From: Rhynchobatus australiae
Lineage: Eukaryota
Direction of reading: 5' to 3'
Assembly: GCA_034780895.1 (NCBI GenBank)
Contig: JAUZTB010000074.1
Coordinates: 8,281,470-8,345,469 of the forward strand
DNA length: 64,000 nt
The position numbers were made by a program, and so were the translations under genes. Positions 50,942 to 63,510 of this stretch are shown here, piece by piece; the first letter of the stretch is position 1; every line of letters starts with the position of its first letter. Under the pieces are notes generated by a model. The model had not been told where the DNA came from and ran no database searches. It saw only the letters and a program-made list of their open reading frames with translations.

Positions 50942-51036
50942 CTTTCCAAAATACAGATAAATCTGCCTCCTTACCTTGAAAAATTGGCCTCACAAATACC
51001 TCACCCTGGCACAATTCAAGACGTACTCTCTAGCAG
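50942..51036 (+). CDS. CTC1: CTC1 exon (3' part of human exon 15-equivalent)
   Basis: tttcag|LSKIQINLPPYLEKLASQIPHPGTIQDVLSS AG|GTAAGC; supplies the phase 0 to 2 bridge needed for the next exon. Confidence 0.8.
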
Positions 51037-51549
51037 GTAAGCACAGAAGTGAAAATGGAAAATAATCATTTCCCTATACCTTTGATTGCTTTTCTATCCC
51101 CTATCTTTTGATCTACTGTGAATTATTTATGGTTCTACAAGTTAAAATAAATTTCAGAATCCAAATAGCCATTTTACAGGTGAAGCTTAAACTCCGCATC
51201 GACAAAAGGTTTTGGACTATGCACCATTTTGTCATGTCTGAGCTCAGTACTATTCTTTCACTGTGTGTGCTTTTAGTGGGATCACTGGACAACAAATGGA
51301 GTGGGAATCCTATGAAGTATTTATGCATAAGACATCCCTTGTATTAAAAGCAATGATGATGCTGTTCACTATTTCTGTAAATCCTTATGTTAATTTTTCT
51401 GTTTGGAGACTTTTCTCGAAGTTTGCAAAAAAAAATTTTAAATCTAACTAATTGAGAAATCCGAATGGGGGAATTTGGCTCTAACTACTTTAGAAAAGCA
51501 AATTTTGTAATGTCCTCAATTGGAGTCTTATATTTGGATTGTCTACCAG

Positions 51550-51659
51550 TTTCTCAGCATCGCTTGTCTCTTTCACTGGAATTATATTGGAAAGAATGTG
51601 CTTTGAATCCAAAAGAAGGTCCAACTTTCCAGCACTTATAACTGATCTAGATACAAAAG
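51550..51659 (+). CDS. CTC1: CTC1 exon 16-equivalent
   Basis: FSASLVSFTGIILERMCFE vs human FTDSLVSFSAEILSRTLCE; phase 2 to 1. Confidence 0.93.
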
Positions 51660-52086
51660 GTAAGAATACAGTAACATTACAAGCTGTAGCAGAGAATTAC
51701 ATAAACTTTTTTTTCTGAAATTAGTGTCTTGTGTTAGGTTGAAATGCTGCAATGTATTGTAGCAATGTTGTGTGACAATAACAAGCTTGCAGCGTTTTAT
51801 CTAAAATTCCTCATCTCAGTCCCAGATAAAGTCGACCAGGGAAGCTATTAAGAAGCACTTCTGTGTTTTCTCAGTATAGAAAGGAAAAATATACCATCTT
51901 TTTTCCACCAGTGGAAAGGCTAAGGAAAAGATTATCTTTTGGATAGAGCTTTTAACTTTTTTCTGCTCTGCAGATGTTTGCCAGGATGCACTTACGTTGA
52001 ATACAGGAAAGTTAATTTCTTGAAATGTTTCCCTGGTGAGTGGATTTTGTTGCACTTAACATTCTTTGCCTCTTGCTTGTTCATAG

Positions 52087-52252
52087 GTATATTGGTTCCT
52101 GGTGACTGGGGTCTGAAATTCACTGTTGGTCATGTTCAGAATAGAGCCTTGGCCTTGGATGTCTATGTAGATCTCTTGCAATTAACTTACACCATTGGGA
52201 TCTTGCCAGGAACCATTGTGGCATTTTATGATTTGGAGAGAAATGTATCCAG
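52087..52252 (+). CDS. CTC1: CTC1 exon 17-equivalent
   Basis: LKFTV...LDVYVD...IGILPGTIVAFYDLERNVSR vs human VKLTV...LDVYIE...[20 protein letters not shown]; phase 1 to 2. Confidence 0.95.
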
Positions 52253-52389
52253 GTTAGTTTTCCATTTATGAACTAAAAATAGTCTTTTTGAGTCAGTTCT
52301 GTCACAGTTATATTTTCGTGGTCCTGCTGACTTGATTTACTTGCCTTGGCTCCAGCTCCCTTCATACCCTTCACTTTAAAAATCTTCCA

Positions 52390-52860
52390 ACCAGTCACAA
52401 GTATGGCAATTCTTCCACCACTTCTGCAACGGAGCTCCAGATATCCAATGGCTTTGGAAGACAAATGTGTTTTGTGACTTTAGCCCAATCTTAGATTGAG
52501 TTTCCTCTTGTTTGGCTATCTACCTAAGAAACTAATCACCATCTGTTGACTCACTTTACCATCTCAAACACTTGAATTAAATCATCTGTCAAGTTATTTA
52601 TACTTGAGGGAATACAAGCCAAATTTACGCAACAAGTCTTCACAATTTAACCCTCTTATCACCAGCATAATTTTGGTGAATGTGTTGCACCTCTCAAATT
52701 CCCTGTAAAATGCAGTGCTCAAAATTGAATGCATTTCTCCATGGATCTGTTCTGAAGTACAACTACCCATGTATGCAGACCCATTGAGGTGAAAGGCCAA
52801 GTGTTGATCACTTTTTGTACCCATCCGTCAGGATTGAGTGATTGTTGGATTTGTAATCCC
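52390..52860 (-). mobile_element. Old CR1-like fragment
   Basis: Reverse ORF FTKIMLVIRGLNCEDLLRKFGLYSLKYK resembles the CR1 ORF2 C-terminal region. Confidence 0.55.
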
Positions 52861-52895
52861 TAATCTCTCCTCTGTGAATCCTAATTTGTGACCAT

Positions 52896-53113
52896 TGTTA
52901 CGGACGAGGACTATTAGTGAGTGTCCCTTTTAGATAGTGTGTGTGGTGTGCTTACGTCAACAGAAGATAAAGAACATCATGACGTTGTTGTTGAAACAAC
53001 CAGTAGGAGTCAGTCTGAAGGAGAGAGACAAGAGAAAGAGAGAGAGACACCAGCCTGCTTGTTTTCTCTATCGATGGATGAGAAACAATAACTGTGACTG
53101 TCACTGCAATCCA
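52896..53113. mobile_element. Possible young LTR end running into a gap
   Basis: Abrupt switch to CpG-retaining sequence starting TGTTACG, with a GA-rich tract; the other end is not visible. Confidence 0.35.
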
Positions 53114-55247
53114 NNNNNNNNNNNNNNNNNNNNNNNNNNNNNNNNNNNNNNNNNNNNNNNNNNNNNNNNNNNNNNNNNNNNNNNNNNNNNNNNNNNNNNN
53201 NNNNNNNNNNNNNNNNNNNNNNNNNNNNNNNNNNNNNNNNNNNNNNNNNNNNNNNNNNNNNNNNNNNNNNNNNNNNNNNNNNNNNNNNNNNNNNNNNNNN
53301 NNNNNNNNNNNNNNNNNNNNNNNNNNNNNNNNNNNNNNNNNNNNNNNNNNNNNNNNNNNNNNNNNNNNNNNNNNNNNNNNNNNNNNNNNNNNNNNNNNNN
53401 NNNNNNNNNNNNNNNNNNNNNNNNNNNNNNNNNNNNNNNNNNNNNNNNNNNNNNNNNNNNNNNNNNNNNNNNNNNNNNNNNNNNNNNNNNNNNNNNNNNN
53501 NNNNNNNNNNNNNNNNNNNNNNNNNNNNNNNNNNNNNNNNNNNNNNNNNNNNNNNNNNNNNNNNNNNNNNNNNNNNNNNNNNNNNNNNNNNNNNNNNNNN
53601 NNNNNNNNNNNNNNNNNNNNNNNNNNNNNNNNNNNNNNNNNNNNNNNNNNNNNNNNNNNNNNNNNNNNNNNNNNNNNNNNNNNNNNNNNNNNNNNNNNNN
53701 NNNNNNNNNNNNNNNNNNNNNNNNNNNNNNNNNNNNNNTATCAAGTTGAAAGAACTGTTCGTTGTTTGGATTTCTGAAAAATAAACTTTCCATAAATAGT
53801 TTTTATTATCAAAATTGTTATTGACATTTTAACTTATTAATTTTAAGAGCATCAGATTTTTAAAAAAATCATTTTTTACATTCTTTTCAAGTTGTGACTT
53901 GAATAACAAATGCATTTTGCAATTATTTGAAAGTTAATGTGGAACAGAATGCCAAAATAAATTGTGGGCCTTCTCGATTTCTACGAACTTGGCAGCTTTT
54001 CAGTTAATTCCCAACAGAAAAGCAGAAGTTAGTGCTAATGTTTGTACAACCAGGAAGGGGCAGAATGACTCCCTGTCATACTTTGTCCCAGTTCCTCTAC
54101 TGTGTGTACTCCTGTACACAAAGAATTGGGAACAGTTTAATTACAGCTACAGTGTTCAGGGGGACAAAGTCACACTGCCAATGATGTAACGTGACAGTTG
54201 CCACTATTATATGCAAATTAAAGTAATCAATTTAGCTCAATTCTAATGTGGCTGTGCAGAAGGGAAATATCATACAATTGAGTTGAATAAAATTTAACTT
54301 TATTAACAGGTCACACATTGAAGTTTAAAAGCCTTTTTAAAGATAAACTGGTTGAAACTTAGTGCAAAGTGAGATTTAGAAATGGCGGTAGAAAAAAAAT
54401 TCGGTTTATCAGCATTGATAATGTTTGGGGAAATAGTTTAACTGGTTAAATGTTGAGGTTAATGATGTTTAATTTGAATTTATCTTAAANNNNNNNNNNN
54501 NNNNNNNNNNNNNNNNNNNNNNNNNNNNNNNNNNNNNNNNNNNNNNNNNNNNNNNNNNNNNNNNNNNNNNNNNNNNNNNNNNNNNNNNNNNNNNNNNNNN
54601 NNNNNNNNNNNNNNNNNNNNNNNNNNNNNNNNNNNNNNNNNNNNNNNNNNNNNNNNNNNNNNNNNNNNNNNNNNNNNNNNNNNNNNNNNNNNNNNNNNNN
54701 NNNNNNNNNNNNNNNNNNNNNNNNNNNNNNNNNNNNNNNNNNNNNNNNNNNNNNNNNNNNNNNNNNNNNNNNNNNNNNNNNNNNNNNNNNNNNNNNNNNN
54801 NNNNNNNNNNNNNNNNNNNNNNATCTGAAATGTTCCTACCTAAAGTATTGGGAAGTCTTCTCTTCGATGTTGTTCACTCTGTTACCAGATTATACTGAGG
54901 CAGTATTCTGGTGAATTCAAAGTTAATTTCAGGTTTTAAAGAGTAACAAGGCAGATTTAACAAAGAAAATTGCCACCAAATTTTTGAATATAGTAATCAT
55001 CGTAAATGATCACACTGTTGTGGAAAGAAAAGTAATGTTACATACAGATATTTCCAATAGCATGAAACATATAGTCCAAATACTTCCATGACAAATGATA
55101 CAGAATTATATTTAAAAATAATAGACAAGGGAATTAAAATTCAAAGTGAAATTGAGATTCTAGATACTCATTTGATGTTTTAATTAATAATTGCACTTTT
55201 CATTAATATATTTAATAACCACATTATCATTTAATTTCTTTGTTTAG

Positions 55248-55312
55248 GGAAGGTGTACAAGAAGCTCTGAACCCTGCCCATCTGCAGTTGGTGTATTTCA
55301 TGCTAATACAAA
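55248..55312 (+). CDS. CTC1: CTC1 exon 20-equivalent (zinc-ribbon region)
   Basis: GRCTRSSEPCPSAVGVFHANT vs human [21 protein letters not shown]; phase 0 to 2. Confidence 0.9.
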
Positions 55313-57520
55313 GTAAGCATTGAGCAATTGGAAGCCCATTTTAAAATGAGCACCACAAATTCATTTTTATCTTTTGGTGGCTGTTGAACCACCAATGTGT
55401 TGTGCAAATCACAGAAGATTAGTATTTCAAAATCTGGAATTCACCTGAGTGGGGGCAACATTTTCTGCTTCTGATTACTACAGTACTTTATAAATTATTG
55501 TAAAGTAACCAAAGCAAGAAGATTGGTTTGGTGTGATGACTGTGTTTTTCCCAATAGCAATGGATGACTATTATCTCAGCACACATGCAAATAAAGTTCA
55601 GACACAAAGGGTGGATGTTTGAATGACGCATCACAAAAATATTCACAATATTTATGCCACTTTCACATACTGGGTTAAGCAATCTCGATATGAAATGGGT
55701 TGGATTTGCATTTGTTTATGATATCAGTTGTTGTCTTTTCCTACCTTTTACTCCCACCTTGCTCTTTTTGAGATTACCTCTTTCAAGCTTTGCCTATCAG
55801 AGATCGTTCCTTCAGTTGGGAGCCCTCTAGATGTGTTTGCTACTTCCACTCTTCACTTATTAGCAATATTGTATCTGAGCAATATTCCCCTCCCCTCCCA
55901 CCCCGCAATATGGGTAACTTCTGCATTCTGATAAATTTGCTTTCCTGATATTTGTCAGCAACTGACATGATTGCAAATTCTCAATCCTGGATACTTCTTC
56001 CTTTTATCATTCATTGAAATTGACTGTATCCCTCTTCTTTTGAGCACTTCGAACTTGTGGAGCACTGACCTAGTCGTCTCCCTTCAACGGCTGTAAAACC
56101 CAAGTTTAACAACAGTGAATCACAGCCTTTGGATATACCTTGATTTTTCTTTCTTCTGGTGTTGTCCTCAGCAGCTTGCATTTCTTAATAAAATTTTGAA
56201 AAATGACATTTGGACTGTCTCCTTTTGATTTGGGATGCAGGTTATATCTACAAAGCTGTTTACAATAGATACAAGAAAAAGCATAAAAAAAGGTGGAATG
56301 CACAGAAGTGCTTAAACCAATTGCCTTTAAAATGCATGAATGGACTTGTTTCCCTGAGAAACTATTCACAAACCAGATGTTGAAATGGAAAATATATAGT
56401 AATGTTTTTGAACAGTTGCTATTTCATTGCACCTTCCTTCATGCTATTCTGCATTTACTGGCAACACTTGCAAAAAAATACATTATTTTGCAATGCATGT
56501 TAACATATACAAGCAATGCTCCAGAGAGAGGTTGGTAGAAAATAAGCTTAAGCTTGCATTTTTGCTGAAGTTTTGATCTGCAACATTAATTTGTCCCCTA
56601 TCACTATCACAGCATTCATCAAATTTAAAGTTCGTTGTATCCACCTCTCCTTTTAGCTTTTCTGACCACTGTTGATATCAGGTGCTTTCTCCCCAGGCAT
56701 TTTCCTTTTATTAGTAACATAATCACCAAATTCTGTCTTAAAAGACTTCCTTATTCTCCAGTGGTTAATAATCTCTCAACACTTCTTTTCCTTTGGACAT
56801 TCAGCAGTATGTCCTTGCATCCCATCTATGTGTTTAATTTCAATTGCTTTTAATCTAACATTGGCTCCTTTCTTGAGACTGAGGTTCCATTAATCAATCA
56901 TAATGAACATACTGTGAGACTGACATACACTAACTTACTACTGATTTTGAATAGTCACAGTATTCACTCTATTAGCTTTTCAGTGGTTGGTCATGGGTTT
57001 CTCATGATTTATTTTCTTGAATGTAACTGTTATAGTTCCTGCAATGACTCCTCCCATGTCAGCATAGTTCCAATGTTTCAAGGCTTCAGTCTTGTTCTGT
57101 GGTAGTGTCTGTAAATGCACAATGTTTATAGTGAGATTGAAGCTGTCCTATTTGGTACCTGTCAGAAACTCTGCTCAAGTTGTTCTTGCCCCAGCCTTAA
57201 ATCTCATTGAAGTTTAACTTGAAAGTACACAATCACTAACTCCACTGTAACACTAATCTGTAAGCTGTACCAATAGCCCTTACCTCAACTCCTTCCATCT
57301 CTGAATTACCAATTCCTTCCTCCTATTTTCAGAAACAGAATCATGATGAAAACATCTATCAATTCACTTAATTTGCCAAATCCTAATAACCCTTGTGATT
57401 GGAGAAGAAAAGTCAAATTTATTCCATATTTTGCAGGCATGGTGTACAAATTTGCACCAGTTGTTTGCATGCTGAGTTTGGCTGATAATTGTGTTAATGT
57501 TAGGATGTGTTACATTGCAG

Positions 57521-57686
57521 AATTATTGTGGAGGATGGAACGGCAGAGGCATGGGTGCGCTGTAAAGATGAACAGGTGGCAGACTTGCTGCAACTCAACT
57601 CAACAGAGTGGGAAGGATTGCAGCAGCATGTTGTCCAGCAGGGGAGTGTGTACTTCCAGTACCAAGGTCGCAGTGGACATGAATTG
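57521..57686 (+). CDS. CTC1: CTC1 exon 21-equivalent
   Basis: [33 protein letters not shown] vs human [33 protein letters not shown]. Confidence 0.97.
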
Positions 57687-58129
57687 GTGAGTTGAATGTC
57701 AGTTTTATGTACAAAAAAAAATTAAGATCCTAGCCCTGACTCGGTACTTTAGAGCAGCCTCAACTTTTACACTATTGAGTACAACATTTTGCCTGCTTTT
57801 GAATTCACAGGAATAATAGTCACAGTGAGATCCTCTCACTTCTATTGCACCGTCAGCACCTTACACAAATATCCTAAAGTGCTTCATGCCTAGTAAATGT
57901 AAGGTTGTATGTAGTGGCAGTGTTTTGGCTTGTTGATGGAGATGATTGATAATTGCTCTGTCAATCAAGCTTGGTGATAATGTGGTTGTTCAACTAATTG
58001 TATGTACATAATTTGTAACTGTCCTTATGCAGTCTTTCTAGTGATATTATTTGACTTTTATTGGGAGAAGTTTCTGTACTTTGTTTCTCTGCTCTTTTTC
58101 AAAAAAAAGCTTTGGAGTAAACTGACATT

Positions 58130-58370
58130 GTATGCTGTGCGTACATCACATTCCACGTAATTCACTGATGCAGTTTTTTTCAGTAAGTTCTCTACTGGGA
58201 GGTTCTGATGTAAACAATAATGTGGCAGCCATTTTGCATACAATAATGTCCTTCAAACAGAATTGAGATGATCAGTTAATCTGCTTTTGGTATTTTGGGA
58301 GAAAGGTACAAGGATTTAGAATTCCTTGCTCTTCAGGAAGGACTATAATGTATTCTACAAATGCCACTCC
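58130..58370 (-). mobile_element. Decayed Deu-SINE-like element
   Basis: TGTGGCAGCCATTTTGCATACA...CAAACAG...CCTTGCTCTTC resembles the reverse of the DeuSINE body/core. Confidence 0.45.
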
Positions 58371-59402
58371 TTGCATCTGTGCCACATCTTTGGTCTCATT
58401 TCCTAATAAACATCAAATTAGATGTGTTAAGATATAACACCTTCACATCACATAACACCTGCCCCCTTGCTGTTGGGTAAATTCATTTGCACATTTTTAT
58501 TATGAAAGTTGTTAAGCCACTGGGTGTTCTTTGTGATTTTTGGGGTTCTAAAACATATTCTCATGTTGAATTTCCTTGGGCATTAATTAAAAAGAAGTGA
58601 TCGTCTTAAAATAATTCATCCAGTTCACAATGAAACAAGATGAACATGGTGGAAGAGTTTTTTTGGTTGGAATCTTCCAAATTTATTTCACCATTCTGTT
58701 GACTTCATGACCATGTTCATTTTTTTTGCAATGCATCATCCATTATTGCATGGCAAAGTCTTAACCTTGAAAGTAAAAAAAAAAATTGCCTCAAGGGACC
58801 TAGAGATGCCTTAACTACATAAATGAAAGTCCTTGCTTGTCTAAGTCTTGAATCCTTCTAATCGCAGTTTTGGTGCTCTTGAACTGTGTGCATCAGGAAG
58901 TTTGTGTAATGAGTGCTGTCCCATTTCCGATCTTCAGTGCCATTTTTCCTGTGCAAGTTTCCTCTTTACACTCTTCATTCATCCGTCTCAATGGTGTAGT
59001 CAAAATTTTTGTCTTTCCATTATCTCACAACCTGCTTAAATGTATCTTTCCTAAGATTTATTAAATAGAGTACTTTGGTCTTTCCCTCACAGCCTTCAAA
59101 CTTGGTGCTTTCAAATCACACTTTACCTTACTATTTCCATTGGGCAATAGGTTTGATTTTTAATTTCAGCAGCTATAGGATTAAACCACATCATGTTCCT
59201 ACTTGAATCTAATAGATGTGGAATGATCGTGTATAATCATTAGAGTTTCAATTTAAGATTTTGTTTTACTAAGTGGATGTTTAGCATTCTGCCGGAGGAA
59301 TGAACAAGATGTTGTTTTAAAAAAAAACAAAGGCATTTAATCACCTTTGCCACAATCTGAATATTGCAAGTTGAATTAACCTTTTTTTTCCCTAAATTGC
59401 AG

Positions 59403-59532
59403 CATGAAGAAAATACTGGAGATGTCTTAATGCAATACCTCAGAACAGTCTGTGCTAGCCCCATAGTCTGCAGATCCATTCAGCTTGCCTTCAAAGTTGA
59501 TTCGAGAAGCAAATGCATGTTTGGACAGACTG
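59403..59532 (+). CDS. CTC1: CTC1 exon 22-equivalent
   Basis: DVLMQYLRTVCASPIVCRSIQLAFKV vs human [26 protein letters not shown]; ends at a phase-1 donor G|GTAAGT. Confidence 0.93.
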
Positions 59533-61889
59533 GTAAGTTCCTTTGTGGTCATTCTTCTACATTGGTGTTTGATGCAAAATTATGAGAGGACAAAGCTGGG
59601 TGGATGAAAAAAATTGGTTTAAGTTACCACCAACAACAGATTGTTTGTACGTCTCTCTTGATTATTGAATTTAATTGTACTTCTGTTAATTGTCATATTT
59701 GGCTGACCTCTCTCTTAATGTGATATATTCAAAGAAGTGATTTATTTCTTACCAGTTCAGCCAAACAGAACTTCTTTGTATTAAGTTTTTCATTTTGTGT
59801 TTTAAGTTTGGCAGTGTTGTGATTGTGACATAAAACACTTGGCTTTTTCAGCAACAAAAACATTTTAGGATGGTTTTTAATTCACTTGATACTTGGGACT
59901 ATAATCATGGGTTTATAAATATGTACAACGGAATATGACTTACCCAAAGATTCAATTGTGTAAAACACAGTAGTCCCTTGCTTTAAAACCAAGGCCATTG
60001 ATAAAAGTTGTTGCACATTTGAAATGGAGAATATATACAAAGTAGCTTCAAACTGCTTTTTGTATAACTTCTTTCCTAAAGAGTATTGGCTGTCTTTTTG
60101 AAAAATCAAGCTCTTTAATTAAATTTACGTGTTTTTAGTTCTTTCATGACTGAGCACACTTGTGCTTAAATGTCAGACAAAGGAGATAGGTTTGCTGTTA
60201 TTTGCCTTGGTGTCAGATAACAAAGGTTCCACCATAAATCTTAAAACCCATAATCTTAGGATTTGTAATACTTGACGTTTTCAGTTCTTGATTAAACTGT
60301 TCAGCATATATTTTCCTGATTAGATTTGTTTTGNNNNNNNNNNTTGAGAGGATCATGCAAGCAAATTGCAAAACGTTATATTTATGTGTGGCTGTTACTT
60401 TCAGGTATAGTGGAGATAGTCACTCTAACTACTTGAGGATTAACAATTTTACGCTGCAATGCAAAGTATGATAATATTAAACTGCCTATGTGTAATTGCC
60501 CCAGACTTGCACTCCTTATTTCAGATGTTAAGTGCTTTATTGGGAACTGTGTATTAGGAAGAAAGCACATTCTGTTTCTTCAGTGTTTGTCCAAACTAGT
60601 TGTAAAGCAGTTATCTGCAACTGAAATTGGATTTTGGCTATGGCACTGCCTACAGTTTAATAGCCTGCCAACAGTGAGATCATGCATTAAGAATGGGCAC
60701 TGGGTGAGGTGCAAAGTTCAGCAAAAGCCTAGGAAACAATACCAGCAATGTTTGCTAGTGAAAAGCAGTAGTTGAGTGAAAAGTTGACTAACCTACAGTA
60801 ATAAGCAATGTCAATATAATCAAAGGTGATGTTAAGGCATTGAGGTCAATTAAAGTTACAGTTATAATTGGTAAACTGGCATTTCTCGCCCTTTCTCCCT
60901 TATTTCCCCAAAGTTATTTTATCTCCAGCATTTGTTAATTTTTTTCACAAACTGACATGTTTCAGGACACTTATCTGTGAACATGTTGCTGAAAACTCTT
61001 GCATGAAATGCAATAATTTTTTATTCTATTCTTGCTAATAGAGAAAATCAGTTAACTTAGCATAAAAGTTTCAAATCTGCAATTCCAAATCCTGTTTTTC
61101 AATGACCAGTCATTAGAGGATATATTATTTCCTTCAAGAGAAGTGTTTGCAGTGATTTTGCTATTTTGAGCTAGCAATACAAATGAGTCACGTTTTCAAT
61201 TATCAGTGCATCATCTGTCATGTGACGCAAATACTTGCTATGACATAATGTACTCGCAATAATCTACTTGATCGCAATAGGAATTCAAAAGCTATAATAG
61301 GAGAACATGCTGCATCTTGTGTGATTTTTGTGGTTTTTTTTTTACTTAAGTTGTTGACTTCAGGCAGTAGTTGTGACCTGATTTTCCAGTTGCTAAGAAT
61401 ACATGGGTCTGACTTGTACTTTTAGCCATATCACGGTTGGTCCTCTGCAGTTTCCCATCAATGATGACAGTCATGATTTTGAAGGTGGTAGATTTGGCAA
61501 AAGTATTGCATTGAATACCAAGGTGAGTTCTTTAGAGCCACTCTTATTGGAGATGGTCATTTGCTGAATTCTCTGTCAGCGATGTTGCCTACCACTTAAT
61601 AGCCAAACCTGAATCTTGGACCAAGTTGATCTTCATGACACTGGTGAGATGCCTTACACTGTCTTAATGTTTTATTCTTGGGTGTGGAAGTTTTAAAAAT
61701 CTTCTTGGAAATTTAAATGACTTTACTAGATTAAAGTTCAGTGGAAGATACTGTTCTTCCTCCACCCCAGCACACAATCTGCAGANNNNNNNNNNNNNNN
61801 NNNNNNNNNNNNNNNNNNNNNNNNNNNNNNNNNNNNNNNNNNNNNNNNNNNNNNNNNNNNNNNNNNNNNNNNNNNNNNNNNNNNNTAAA

Positions 61890-62200
61890 ATTCTTAAGGT
61901 TCTTGACAATGCAGATGAAGATTCACAGAGTAGATGCTTCCCCTGGCTAGGATGTCTAGAACTAAGAGTCAGTGTCTTAAAATAATGGGTTGGCCATTCA
62001 GGACAGATAAGGAATTTCTTTCCTAAGAGGACTGTTAAGATTCAGTCACTATTTTCATAGGATTGATAATTTTTAGTTATCAAAGGAATCAGGAATATGA
62101 TGCAGCAGAGTGGTACTGAGGTAAAATATTAGCCATGGTCTTATTAAATGGCACAACTGGCAGGGGGTAGTGAACAACTACTCTCACCTCCTTAGGTTCC
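61890..62200 (+). mobile_element. CR1 3' fragment immediately right of a gap
   Basis: AAAATTCTTAAGG...TCTAGAACTAAGAGTCAGTGTCTTAAAATAATGGG...AGGAATTTCTT and a CR1-type tail. Confidence 0.65.
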
Positions 62201-62436
62201 TATTAGCATTACAGAAGACCAAACTGATTACTTTATCATGGCAATATATATTTCAACAGTTGTAATATTGCTATGAATTTGGTATTTGTGACATCTTCAA
62301 GCATGTATTCTGAATACAAGAGTTTCAGGAAAAAAGATTTTTTAACCTTTTTATGAAGTGAAAGCATATTTATCAAAGTTAATTTTAAACACTGAATGTC
62401 ATAACTTTTGCAATTCACCCAAGAGAACCAACTTAC

Positions 62437-62623
62437 TGATTCAAAGCATTTATAGGTGTTGAACCTGTTGATTCAAGCTCTTTGTTTAGTCTGGAATAGT
62501 CAATTGTAGAGGAAGCTCCCTTCTCAAGGTTAGCAAAAAACTGTTCTTTCTCCTCTTCTTCTTCAAGTGTATCTAGTCCAGCTCCAAGAGTGTTTTGAGC
62601 AGGGCCTGATGCCATAACAGAGT
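62437..62623 (-). CDS. CEP162: CEP162 (QN1/KIAA1009) internal exon from the N-terminal region
   Basis: Acceptor ttattcctttttag|, SVMASGPAQNTLGAGLDTLEEEEEKEQFFANLEKGASSTIDYSRLNKELES, donor |GTAAGT; matches recalled human LGVGLDTLEEQEEKEQFFARLEKGLTSSIDYSRLNKELDS. Confidence 0.9.
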
Positions 62624-63049
62624 CTAAAAAGGAATAAAACCACCTCTGTTAGAAGAGCACTTTGTAAACTGGATCCTACAGAACATGTATTCAACTTATA
62701 AATCACATTCGGTTAGGCTGATAATTAAGTTCAGTAAAAATCTACTCCCATTTTCTTCACCAAAGAGCAGTGATCAAATATTGGTTGCACTACCATGTGC
62801 AGCAAGACTTGAGTGAAATTCGGGTTTGGCTGTTTAATAGCTACAAAACATTGGTAACACCCAAGTAACAAACAATGACTGTTTTCAGTAAAAGGAGTCT
62901 AACCCACACAGTTTAATATTTAGTACAATTACCTTTGTTAAATCTTCGACTAGAATCTTAACATGTTTCACAATGAACAGGGCTGACCACTTAAATATTG
63001 TTGTCGGGTAACCTGCAGAGAATAACTCACTACCTGACTCCCCACAACT

Positions 63050-63510
63050 TAACCATCTGAAAACCACAAGTCAAAAATATGATGAATATTCTCCACTTCA
63101 TCTTCACCATCAAGGGCAAAACAATGTGAAACCCCACCCATCAGCCTGAACATTCACCTCTACCACTCAATGCCTTGTTGCAGCTGTGTATGCATTCACA
63201 AAACGCAGGGCAGCAACTTGTCAAGGCTATTCACTGTCATGGCCCAAACCAACCCTAGTACCTAGGACGAGGTTAGAAGTGGATGGCAGCATCAAGGCCC
63301 CTTCCCCTCAAATTCCCAAGTCACTATTTTGACTTGGAAATGTGTTACTAATTTTCTTGATTGGGTCCAAGTGGAGAGCTTCTGATGCAACAGAAGTTCC
63401 TTCATTGCAGGCACTGCAGCAGGTCAACAAGGTTGCATGCTAATGAGCTGTCAAAGATATTTAGGAATGGCCAATAAATGCTGACTTTGTCGGTGATGCC
63501 TCATCTTGTG
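63050..63510 (+). mobile_element. Old LINE 3' end (same family as 24520-24932)
   Basis: CTGAACATTCACCTCTACCAC...TTTGACTTGGAAAT...GGCCAATAAATGCTGACTTTGTC. Confidence 0.5.

Larger units (their letters stand above)
6446..61885. other. Assembly gaps (N runs)
   Basis: 6446-7341, 14724-14823, 21817-21916, 22887-23014, 26297-26469, 27881-27980, 41725-41824, 46260-46359, 53114-53738, 54490-54822, 61786-61885, plus short runs near 30015, 33787, 44229, 45169, 48545 and 60334. Confidence 0.99.

Noticed and set aside
51974-52035. Apparent cassette/poison exon with a good acceptor and a CTG|GTGAGT donor
   Set aside because: The downstream intron would be only 51 nt, below the usual vertebrate minimum, and the flanking exons already join in frame.
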